A stretch of 63,860 nucleotides of DNA, the filler included, from Lenisia limosa (lineage: Eukaryota; Protista; Breviatea): NCBI GenBank assembly GCA_001655205.1. It is 16 parts of 16 records of this genome, joined end to end, with 100 filler letters (N's around TTAATTAATTAA, not from the genome) between each part and the next. Parts side by side here need not be neighbours in the genome. Positions count along the whole stretch, not along the records: positions 1 to 2,284 come from LPNZ01005365.1; positions 2,385 to 5,629 come from LPNZ01009445.1; positions 5,730 to 12,552 come from LPNZ01006149.1; positions 12,653 to 16,693 come from LPNZ01000441.1; 12 more parts are not named here. One strand, written 5' to 3'. The translations under genes and the position numbers were made by a program. The notes under the pieces were generated by a model. That model ran no database searches, was not told the origin of the DNA, and saw only the letters and a list, made by a program, of their open reading frames with translations. Positions 1 through 13,046 of this stretch are shown piece after piece. Numbering within the stretch: position 1 is the first letter of the stretch; each line of letters opens with the position of its first letter.

Positions 1-2100
1 ATGACATGGGACTGAACGGCCATGGGTAAATCGAGTGAAATGAGAAGGAGGTAAATCCAGCGAAAAGGCCCACGAAAGTCGTATGAACAGTTCAGCAGCT
101 TTGGTCATTGAGAGGAAGACTTGTTGAAGCAGCAGAGCTGTGCGGTACTGGAAATCGTAAGTAACTTCCAAAGGTTGTGATAACAAGTTAAACTTAATTT
201 CGTAATCAATTCATGCAACCTATTTTTATTTGATTTTTATCTTCATTCCAAACGCCTTGAGAAGCGCATTCCATGCCCACCCTATCCGAGGACGAGTCTC
301 TTCGAACTCTCTCGAGACTCGAGTTTTCGTCGTACACGTCACACAAGAGGTACGCCGGCTCGGTTGAAAAGAGGTCTGGCCTTGTCCTTGCGTACTCACT
401 CACAACATCTGCAGAGGGGTGTCGGAGCGTTTCAACACAAGAACAGGATGCGTTTGATGAACAGAAATGACACGCCATTCATAACAAAAAGTAACAAGGA
501 AAGGGTAAAAAAAAAGGCCACGAAACAGGTATACGAAGCCAAAGTAGCTTTCCAGGATGATAGAAAAAGGTATTATTGTGAATAAAAGCCCCGATAAGAA
601 GTAACTAAGTCTTCAATATGTACCGGCACCCCATGCCAGATGCACACCTTCGCCCAAAATGTGTATGGGAAGGGCCCAGGACACGAGGTGGCTCAGTGTC
701 GGCGATAGAGATGATGCCAGCGATTCAAGCGCAGAGTCTGTGGGGGGGGGGGGGGGGNNNNNNNNNNNNNNNNNNNNNNNNNNNNNNNNNNNNNNNNNNN
801 NNNNNNNNNNNNNNNNNNNNNNNNNNNNNNNNNNNNNNNNNNNNNNNNNNNNNNNNNNNNNNNNNNNNNNNNNNNNNNNNNNNNNNNNNNNNNNNNNNNN
901 NNNNNNNNNNNNNTTTCTCACCTCACCAAAAACAAATCACCAAAAACAAATCTAAGCAATAAATCCTAATTCCAAAATTTTGGAAGCACAAAACAAAGCC
1001 CAAGGCAACATAAAGGATGTTGGAGGGAAAGTTTAAATCATAACACGAGAGCAATCATAATCAGAGCCACTCATGAGCCTGTCCTTCAATTCCACTCATC
1101 ACACCTTTTAGAGAAACCGAGAGTGCCGTCAAAAGTTTCAGAACAATCACCTGGATAGACATCCTAAACATGTTATTGTTTGTAAAATATCATATGCATC
1201 TGGTGCTAATCAGATATATTGCTGGTTCTATTACATTTCGCTGTCTACGATTCTACAGCGGTGCGGGGGGGGGGGGTCAAAATCAANNNNNNNNNNNNNN
1301 NNNNNNNNNNNNNNNNNNNNNNNNNNNNNNNNNNNNNNNNNNNNNNNNNNNNNNNNNNNNNNNNNNNNNNNNNNNNNNNNNNNNNNNNNNNNNNNAAATA
1401 AGCAAAGATGGGAACTAGCAATCCCCTACATGGAGTGTGACACTGACAAAAAATGTTCATGTTCCCTGGGTAACATTGCTACGGAAGCTTCTAAAAGGCC
1501 TAAAAAAGTGAACAGGTTGTCCCCAAGGTTTACGCTTATTTCCTCTCAAAAAAAGGAAAATAATAATAATAAAAAACACCAAGGAATAAAGACTTGGAAA
1601 GTAATGAATCTTATTCTCAAGCCCACAATAAAGATATTGTTTTCAGTTCTGTTGTCTTTTGAACAGTCAATTCCTCAATGTAAGTCTTAACCGATTTTAT
1701 CGAAGGGAAACCAACTTTTAGGTCAAGACTTACCCCGGCACTGTTTTAAAAAATAGTTATCTTCACCCCCTCACATATAGCTAAGTTGACAAGGGTGGAT
1801 TCGGACGCGGGCTCCGGGCGGGATCTGCAATCGATCAATCAACCGCGGGACTGTTTCAATGTAATAAAAACCGCGGTGACTGTTTCAAGGCGATTTCATC
1901 CCTTAAAGCAATCACCTATTCTATGTTTTTTTTACAAATACAATTTTTGGTGGCGGAAGGAGATGCTACGCCCATTTTATTACAAAAAAAAATAAAAAAA
2001 CCAAAAAAAAGCAAGTCATTTGCCAAATCATGAAGAAGCCAACCTCAAAACACCAGAAGGGGCCAGGGAGGGGACACTCGAGTCTATATCGTCATTTATA
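1..2100 (-). CDS. Multi-exon hypothetical protein, helical-looking (partial)
   Basis: Stop-free GT-AG bounded exons on the minus strand, e.g. ~1-165 (DFQYRTALLLQQVFLSMTKAAELF), ~625-740, ~1100-1163 (MSIQVIVLKLLTALSVSLK), ~1430-1497 (LLEASVAMLPREHEHFLSVSHS). No family recognised; exon joining is only partly verified. Confidence 0.45.
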
Positions 2101-2328
2101 ATGATCTCAAAAGATGAGAGGGCTTTGATAGGTTTTCATAATTTCCTATTTTCCCGTTCCTATTCCTCTTCATTACTCACCCCTAATCCTGAGCACTACC
2201 CCCACTACAGATTCATTTGGTTACATAAAAAGACTGAATTCTCGATAAATCCTCGATAAATATCGATATTTTACCGGTCTTTTTNNNNNNNNNNNNNNNN
2301 NNNNNNNNNNNNNNNNNNNNNNNNNNNN

Positions 2329-2340
2329 TTAATTAATTAA
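2329..2340. other. Artificial scaffold linker TTAATTAATTAA (stops in all six frames) flanked by 44 N on each side
   Basis: Identical cassette at 2329, 5674, 12597, 16738, 23228, 28431, 33133, 35011, 48902, 52864, 55941, 57291, 59051, 60445 and 62243. Confidence 0.97.
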
Positions 2341-2384
2341 NNNNNNNNNNNNNNNNNNNNNNNNNNNNNNNNNNNNNNNNNNNN

Positions 2385-2500
2385 CGATGAAGAATATTGG
2401 CGTAAATGTACTAATCACGAACCGAATAATCTAAAACTCACAAAAACAAAGTTCAAGCAATAACAAATACGAGCAACCAACGCTAAAATGACAAAACCCA
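2385..2500 (-). repeat. Intron-associated repeat family I, upstream half
   Basis: Reverse complement reads agcgttggttgctcgtatttgttatt...ttattcggttcgtgattagtacatttacgccaatattcttcatcg. Homologous stretches at 3540-3780, 4385-4470, 24314-24442 and 38830-38953. Confidence 0.75.
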
Positions 2501-2718
2501 GATGAACAAAAACTTAAAACAAGACCAAGACAGAGGGGGGATGGGGGGAGTTGCTAAAGACCCAATGTAAAATTATATATTACGATACCTATAATTAGGG
2601 CTTCCTTCCAGTCCCAAATAAAATACTGAATTTCTCAAGTCGTCGATAAATATCGATATTTTCACAGCAATTTTTGCACCCATGGGAAGTCCTCTATATT
2701 CAAAATGAACTTGCAATT

Positions 2719-2816
2719 AAGGCTTCAATTCGGTTCGGAAAAAGACTGAACTTCTCGTAAATCCTCGAAAACTATCGATATTTAAACGGACTTTTTCGAA
2801 CCGAAGTGATGCCCCA
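2719..2816. mobile_element. MITE family A copy (~100-bp palindromic element)
   Basis: ggcttcaattcggttcggaaaaagactgaa...ctttttcgaaccgaagtgatgccc matches the family A consensus. A second subfamily copy is adjacent at 2596-2695 and a partial copy at 2227-2284. Confidence 0.85.
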
Positions 2817-3849
2817 GTGGCAATACACTTTTCCATGTTCTTTTGTTGTATTTTGACCCCTCACTGTGTTCAGATTTGTCGGTACTCCAGGTCCCATCAT
2901 TATGTCGAGATTAAACTATTGTAACGTCCTCTGGGGTTTGCTGTTCACTGGCCGCCGAAACGTGGTGGCCAATTGTAACGGGTTGTTGTCTGATCAGTTT
3001 GTTTTTATTGGAAATGTTACATGTAATGAAGTTGCATTGTCTTCACTCCCCCCTCTCGATTCTTCCCCCGTACCTCCTGTCTCCTGTAATATTTGGATGG
3101 GCAACATATTCGCAGGGAGGCCTTTCCCACACCATTACTGAAGTATACAAATCATTTTTACCCAACTTACTTAATATCTGTAAACCTTTCCCTTTTTTTT
3201 TTTTATTTACTAGTAGTCCTTATAAAATGACAAAGCCATTGATAGGAGAGTGGTCATAGTGAGTAGGAGGAGATAGGGCAACAGGGTATCACCATTGAAA
3301 TGGACAAAACTCTATTCATAAAAGTAACATAGCCGGACAAAATCAATGCAATAACACAACCATAAACACACAAACACCATAAAAACACAAAAACAAATCT
3401 GGGGGTCCTATAACACTTCCAGAGCCTGGTTTGACTTATTGTGGAAGGCAACCTTGGGGGGGGGGGGGGGNNNNNNNNNNNNNNNNNNNNNNNNNNNNNN
3501 NNNNNNNNNNNNNNNNNNNNNNNNNNNNNNNNNNNNNNNAAACTAACAATAAACAAGCAATAACAAATACGAGCAACCAACGCTAAAACTAGACAAAAGC
3601 CAGAGTAAAACTGAAAATTTACGAAAACAAAAACACGCAAAAAGCGATCTTCTGTTGGCTGGAGGGAGGTATTTCGATGAAGAATACTGGCGGAAAGGTA
3701 ATAATCACGAGCCAAGTAACTTGAAACTCCAAACAAACGAAAAACAAAGAAACAAGCAGCAACAAACACGACCCAACGTTATGTGAAAAGACAAAATCTT
3801 AATAAATATGAATATCTAGGGGTGAAAGCTCACCCATTGCGAAAACGCT

Positions 3850-5590
3850 GAAATAGTCACGTGACCCAGACGGACGGCTTCTCGATCATTCTTTGACATT
3901 CCACTTCCTAGTATGGTAAGTCAATATTCTAAATAGGGAATAAAGAGGAATATTGCCATTTTTTAAAAACATGGGCTTACCCAGAGAATGGACCACTGAA
4001 GAGGTGGCAATAACATCATCAGCCAGGGATGACAGCTCGGTGGAACTTGACTTCCTTAGATGGTAAGTTAGCATTCCTAATTTTTCCTTTTGTGGTAAGT
4101 TGCTTTTCCTTATCCTCTAGCATATAATAGAATGTAGTCAAAATCCTCAAAAAATCAGTAACCCCTCCTACGAGAAGCCGACGTGATTCCACAGACTCAG
4201 AAGGCATTTCTAGATGGTGAGCAATTGTGATGGTGGTGGTGGTGATGATAGTGATAGTGATGGTGACAGTGATGGTGGTGGTTAGTGATGATGATCAAGA
4301 TGATGGTGATAGTGATGACGATGATGATGATGATGATAGTGATGAAACTTAGAAATATAGCCCCCCTTCCCACATCAAGTGCTCAAGTTTGTTTTTGCTT
4401 GTATAATTTGTTTGTTTGGAGTTTCAGATTATTTGGTTCGTAAATTCTTCAACGAAATTTCCTTCGTTTTACCCCCCCCCCCCCNNNNNNNNNNNNNNNN
4501 NNNNNNNNNNNNNNNNNNNNNNNNNNNNNNNNNNNNNNNNNNNNNNNNNNNNNNNNNNNNNNNNNNNNNNNNNNNNNNNNNNNNNNNNNNNNNNNNGGAG
4601 AAAACCGGAGAAATACCACTCCACCTTGGAAATATAGCCGTTGCCAAAGTAGTCGTACATTTTGAAGCAAAGCTAGGAAAGAGTGAAAAAAATAAGAGGA
4701 AAAACGGAAGATTGGGGACAAAGTGAAAAAATCGAGATAATGCTGATGACCCCCCCACCAATCACCGCATTGAATGCTCTTCATACCATACCGCTGCCCC
4801 CTAGAATCATGCCAGATATACACGTCATTTCATATATTACTCACTCCATAGACCACCACCCCGTCATATCACATGTACACTCCTCTCATCGCATATTAAA
4901 TACATGATATGATACGATAGACACAACAACACCCGACCCTCACCTATCACTATTACAACCCTCCTTATGGCCGAAGCCTTTAACTAGGGCTTCACTTCGG
5001 TTCGAAAAAAGACTGAATTTCTCGATAAATCTTCGAAAATTATCNNNNNNNNNNTGAACACTAATACTTTGATAGATGGCTTTAGAATATATCATAACAA
5101 GGGCTTTACTTCGGTTTGAAAAAAGACTGAATTTCTCGATAAATCTTCGAAAATTATCGATATTTTACCGGTCTTTTTCGAACCGAGTGAAGCCCTAATC
5201 AGAACCTGTGGCTCCTAACGCTTTAGCGAGATTCGTCCCCGCATATTCACTCATTTGGTTGCGGACACCCGATTGTTCAAAGCGGTGAGAAGTTCGACTT
5301 CCTTGGCNNNNNNNNNNNNNNNNNNNNNNNNNNNNNNNNNNNNNNNNNNNNNNNNNNNNNNNNNNNNNNNNNNNNNNNNNNNNNNNNNNNAACAGAGCCC
5401 ATGTCGTAAATTTCCGTCTTTGGAAAAAATCACTCTACTCGTCCTCTTTTGAAAGTGTATGCCATTGCCCTGAGCTGGATTCATAATCCAGCCGTTTGCC
5501 ACGCCGTCAACATCACACCCAATCCTTGACCTCCCTTCGCCTTCTCAGAAGCCGGTTCTCGATGATAATCACATCCATGGTGGAGGGGGG
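3850..5590 (-). CDS. Multi-exon hypothetical protein (fragments)
   Basis: GC-richer stop-free segments with splice-like ends at ~3850-3907, 3985-4060, 4165-4209, 4625-4672 and 5210-5327. Frames could not be fully reconciled. Confidence 0.3.
5100..5197. mobile_element. MITE family A copy
   Basis: TIR gggctttacttcggtttgaaaaa...tttttcgaaccgagtgaagcccta; a near-identical gap-truncated copy lies at 4985-5044. Confidence 0.9.
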
Positions 5591-7881
5591 AGGGGTGGAT
5601 ATTGGGCCAGCTATCATAATAGGTGTGAANNNNNNNNNNNNNNNNNNNNNNNNNNNNNNNNNNNNNNNNNNNNTTAATTAATTAANNNNNNNNNNNNNNN
5701 NNNNNNNNNNNNNNNNNNNNNNNNNNNNNACAGTAAAACACTTAAATACAAACTCAATGACCTCCGATGAATGCTGGCTCAAGGTTTTTGTGGAGCTTCC
5801 TTTGTCATCCCTCCTCTTTTGGGATTGCCCCATCCTTGTATTTAGCTACTAAGTTTTTAGGGGGTGAACTTCAAATAATATTGGACATACAGAAAGAAGT
5901 GTTTGGATTTTTCTATGGGAGAGAGGGTGTTCCATACCCATGTCAGAAGCGATTGATAAAATGAAATAAATCTGTGCGTGTGTTGGCAATTTGAACAATT
6001 CTTCCTTTTTCAACCTTAGTTCCAATCTCATCCATTCAAGTTCATTTTGAGCCTAACAATGAGTCATTTTTTCAAAAACAAAAATAAATGGTAATTTACA
6101 AAAACTTTGTGCTTCCTCCCAACCCTTATTTTGTCTGGAAGAGAATGAAATGCCTTTTCGAAGGGATCCATCGCTTTTCAATCTGTGAAATCAAAATCAC
6201 TTCCTACAAAATAATTTTGTTAATTTAATGTGACAAAACGAAAAAGTGATCCTAGATACTGGTAAAATGTTGATCAGAGTAAAATATATGGAAACAAGAA
6301 AGTTCAAATAGTGTTCAGATAATGATGTTCATCTGACAATATAGCAGTTAAAATACGGATTTCATTAAAGTGAAAAGAAATAGTTGCAAAGTTATTTAGT
6401 ATGTAAGTTCCTGGTTTATTGATTAATTGCTTTAACGTATCACATACTATGTTTTGAAATAAAATCGTAATTATGCAGTTAATCATCTCAAAATTGAGAA
6501 GAACTGTCACAATCCTTAAAAAAATGTTGTGGGAGGAGAANNNNNNNNNNNNNNNNNNNNNNNNNNNNNNNNNNNNNNNNNNNNNNNNNNNNNNNNNNNN
6601 NNNNNNNNNNNNNNNNNNNNNNNNNNTCTCGATGTGGCTAAGCCTGTTTTTTTTTGAAACTTTCTATTTTGGTAGTTCAGGTTGGTGGCTATTCAAAGGC
6701 AATTTGTCCGAGTGAGGTTAGCATTCAACTTATACTTGTGAAAAAGGGTCTTTCAAAGAAAAATAATCCAACAAAAAGGCAACCGGGCCGCGGGCCAGAA
6801 TTTTTTTATAAGTGGACACGGTCATGTCCCCCCACCTATGTAACGGCAATGTCGGTGGATATCTCGAGCTGTCTGTCTGCCAGCGGTCTGAAGTGCTGTA
6901 GTCAACCGTCGTGCGGCCAGCCGGCTTGTCTTCTTGTTTGTAACTGCGTGAATAAAAATGGACATATATACAATTGAGTTAATGAAAGTAGTATAACCCA
7001 CAGCACACAGAATTCAATCCATTTGAGACAGATTTACAATTATGATACACATTCAATAAATATACATAAAATATAATCGAAATATTGAAGATAGATCCGG
7101 TAATGGATTATGATAAAACGCTGTCTTTTCAAATACTGGGATTTCTTCAATCCAATAACAAAAAAAGAGGATTTTTTAAAAGTTGTGTATTAGTTTTATA
7201 TTTACTCAATAGCAATGAGGAGATAGTATTTAAATTTACGAAGTATGCCCTTAACATACTCGGCATAACTCTAAAGACCATCTGGGCAGCAATCATACCG
7301 TTGTACTTCAAAATATTATTGCCCCCGCGGTCATGTTTGGGGTCCAGTTTGGTCGTTACGGAGTTGTGGCACACGCTTGGAAAGTTTTAAATAGGCCATA
7401 TCAGCATACAGCTTAACGTACAGGACTTTTGTCAGCTATAGGAGGATGGAATGTAACGAGCCAAAAAAGCATATTTTATGTCAAAAATCATGATGATATG
7501 GTTCTTGTCAAATTACCAAAAACAATCAAAACCCAAAAAATAGTGATTACAATATGATATTATGTGCTGATCATTACAGGTGGTTGTTATAGAGCAACTT
7601 TCAGCATTCAGGATGGTTTCACGGGACTGGCAAGGTTCGACTACGACACCAATTGCATCCTGTAATGTTTTTCACCTCAGGTAGATCGACTTTCCACTTC
7701 CACTTCCACTTGCTCCTGTTGATTCATACTAACTTCTTCAGTTATCCCGAAACCATTGCAATCGTTTGGGCCAAGGGCTGCTGAATTAGGGCAAAAAACT
7801 GCATGACGGTTCGATTTGTTGATTGGAAAATGAAACTACCTCCTCTCCCCCACAGACACACATAACCCCAATGAGTATTTC

Positions 7882-8130
7882 CCAGGTCTTACTTGCCCAC
7901 CCAGGCCAATTTACACGGCCGAAGCCTACGCCTTACTCCAGGCTCTCGAGGTGTGGGCACCCATCCTGTCTTCCACCCGTGTCACCCTAGCTAACGACAA
8001 CAATGTTGTCGTCGCGGCATGGCTTAACCGCCGCTCCAAACATCCTCCCACGCATGACAATATCACCCGTTCAACTCTACCGCCATACTCCACATCGCTC
8101 TCAGCAAAAAATAAATCCCTGCTAACAAAA
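7882..8130 (+). pseudogene. DIRS-type retrotransposon RNase H relic
   Basis: Translation PIYTAEAYALLQALEVWAPILSSTRVTLANDNNVVVAAWLNRRSKHP resembles the DIRS RNase HI signature (IN.LEL.AV..AL..W...L....V....DN..VVA.IN). In-frame TGA stops upstream; no RT or tyrosine recombinase seen nearby. Confidence 0.7.
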
Positions 8131-8397
8131 ACACCGTGGCAAGGCTTTTGTGGCTTGCTTATCCTCAACGATGATTTATATTTGCTATTGTATTCTAATA
8201 CTGCCATTTATCGAGATGAAGCCCGCGGAAAGCCTCAACAGAGTGCATTCCCCAGATATAATATATTCTACTACCCCATGGTAGTAGAAGCAGCAGATTT
8301 TATTATTTTATTAGGTTGTGAGGTGTGAGGCAAGTGTGAAGTAACAAACAAGGTTGTAAGTTTGGTGCAGGTTTAGGAGAATAAAGTCGACAGAAAA

Positions 8398-10478
<2,081 letters not shown>

Positions 10479-10871
10479 TTGTTTTCAATGTATTCCACCT
10501 TCATGTCCAATTAGTTAGGAATACCACTCGTCTCGACTGAGGGTGATAAACAGTTCAAATTTATTCATATTCCTGTAATGAAAAGGTATAATCGTATATT
10601 GTCTTCAGGTATTAGCTTCTCGTCAAAAAAATTTCACATATCGAGCTGCGTGTTAAAGCGCACGTTGAGTTACTCAGCTCATCTTGTCCTTCGACCGAGA
10701 CAAGCTTTGTATTGACATCAACCATCTTAACTTCTAACAATGCCTAAACCCCTCAATCTGCTAAATTGAAAATAGAAATTTGAAAATAGTGTAGCACTCC
10801 TGACCCAGCACAAAATGAAAAAGGGCAATCATGTATTTATAACTTAATTTTGACTGTAAACCTATGGTTAC

Positions 10872-10971
10872 TTACTTTGACCGCTGGTTAAAAAATTAAA
10901 ACAACCTGGCGCATCTTTCTGCGTTTTCTCTTCAGACGACGCATACGCTTCTTCCTCCACTTTGCTCTCAT
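10872..10971 (-). CDS. RPL41: 60S ribosomal protein eL41, 2 exons
   Basis: Exon 1 (10971-10906) MRAKWRKKRMRRLKRKRRKMRQ plus exon 2 (10883-10872) RSK-stop gives the canonical 25-aa eL41. Intron GTTGTTTTAATTTTTTAACCAG. Confidence 0.97.
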
Positions 10972-11809
10972 GATTAAAGGATATTTAAAAAGAAAACTGT
11001 CCTAATTTAGAATAAAATGATAAGAAGATTAATTTTCATTATTTCAGTCGAATATCAGATTCTCTTTAATGCATTTGGTATATCAATTGTTTCAAACTAT
11101 TTGTTCTTGTTTTGTTTGAGTATATCGGTAGTTGTTGCGAGGTTTTTTTTTTTTTTGTTTGTTTTGTTGTTNNNNNNNNNNNNNNNNNNNNNNNNNNNNN
11201 NNNNNNNNNNNNNNNNNNNNCGTTCCTTGTTGTTCATCATTTCATTCTTCTTTTTCTCTGGGTCTCTCCTTCATTCGCCGTATCATTTCATGCACTTTCC
11301 AATTCTCAAAAAATAATATACTTTGGTACATTATTTAATTGTGTAACATCAACACTCAGCAGTTGTCCAGACTGGTCAGACTTTTCTGCTTGCTGAAGAG
11401 AAAGATTGTGCTTTTTGGGTTTAGATTAATTAATTTAATAAGAAAACTGCCAACAAAGCAGCCACCTTGTGATGGTGGGAACCTTTCATTCGTTCTATCG
11501 CTCCATGATAGGTTCATTTCTTTTATGTGTTATGATATACAAGGGGCTGAAACTCCCGGAAATAGGTGGGATCCAGGGATATGGTAATGGTGGTCAGGGA
11601 ACTGGGATCTGGTTAGGGATCTGGCGGCGTTCCCCCACCACTTTTGCCAAAAATCTACCCCCTTACTCCTTTTGGCGAAAAAAGAATTAAGTAATATTTA
11701 AAAAGGAAGAAAACAGGAAGAAAGGAGGAAAACCGCTGGAAAAACGAGAAGATATATATTTTTTTATTAGTTCAGCGTTTTTATTATGGTAGAGACGGAG
11801 GTAGTATTC

Positions 11810-12480
11810 ACAGATGCAGTATCTTTGTATTGCTCTCGGCGTCCATGTCAACTCATCCATATCGGTAAGCCCTAGAATAAAAATGTCTAATGACCGGGAT
11901 AAGTCTTTTCATGAGAGCTTTGCGACGGCGAGTTTGTGAAGCCTTGATCTTGACAGGGGAGGCAAGGTGAGGTCCCTGGATAGATCCGCGCTTCGTTTTG
12001 TTCTGAGTTTTCCTCTCACTCTTCAACTCTTCAGGGTTGGCGATAACCTAAAAGAGTTAGTGTGAAAGCTATAAATACAATGATACGCCAATTTCAAAAC
12101 AAATGTACCTGTCCAGGCTTTAGTGCTTCCAGTTTCTCCCCTGGTTTGGTAACGTAGAACTGGCAGGGACGCTGTACGTCATCAATTGTAGGTCCAACTT
12201 GGCAGTTTCGATTTACATCACTTTCAATAAGTGTACGTGTATAGAGTGAGGATGACTCAAAGACGCGTGGGTTCCGCAGGGACACGGAAGAAATGGTGGC
12301 CGCAACACCCTCCAAAAAGCTGCGATCTTCAGAGGAGAGCTCTTTTGTGTGGGGGTCATTCTTGAGGAAGGTTCTGGCACGGAGTCCAAGTGCCTGTTCA
12401 TACGCAAGGTCTCCATCTTCTTTAACTGCTTGGATAGAGCTGCGGAATTCTGCAGTTTGTCGAATTGTGGAGTGTTGAGG
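11810..12480 (-). CDS. Hypothetical protein, 3' exons (partial)
   Basis: Long stop-free exon (...RSSIQAVKEDGDLAYEQALGLRARTFLKND...KLEALKPGQ|gt), then ag|VIANPEELKSERK... No family recognised. Confidence 0.5.
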
Positions 12481-13046
12481 AATGTTGGTTCAGGGTTTTG
12501 AGATAAAGGTTGGGTGCATTTGGAGGTGCATGGATGTTGGAATGTGTGAAGANNNNNNNNNNNNNNNNNNNNNNNNNNNNNNNNNNNNNNNNNNNNTTAA
12601 TTAATTAANNNNNNNNNNNNNNNNNNNNNNNNNNNNNNNNNNNNNNNNNNNNAACAACAACAAAAAAAAAAAAAAAAGCAGGTTATCAAATATACTTCTA
12701 GTATTATTTCAATTCACCACATTTCAGTGAAACAACCCTCATATTTCTGTCAAATAATGTTAAGAATGAAACTCCTAGCAACTTTTGGAGAGATGTATTA
12801 TATGTATGTAATCATACGTATGTGAGATTAGAATGTTTCTATCAAGAAAAAAATAAAAACAATAATAATTTAGGCAATAATATAACAACTCGCAAGGAAT
12901 GATGTTGATGGCATTTTGAACTTATCAATGACACCACCCAAAACCACCACCACCATCACCACCACCATGCTACCACCACCACAAAACCACCATTCCACCA
13001 GCAGCATCATTAAATAAAAAGAGACGAGAACAGGCGTTGGCCCCAC

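Noticed and set aside
1-165. 2OG-Fe(II) oxygenase resemblance (SMTKAAELF...FSLDLPPSHF)
   Set aside because: No HxD motif is visible and neighbouring exons look like a generic helical protein.
4625-4672. EF-hand reading FKMYDYFGNGYISK
   Set aside because: That frame hits a stop when spliced to the next exon; another frame (ALLQNVRLLWQRLYFQ) joins cleanly.
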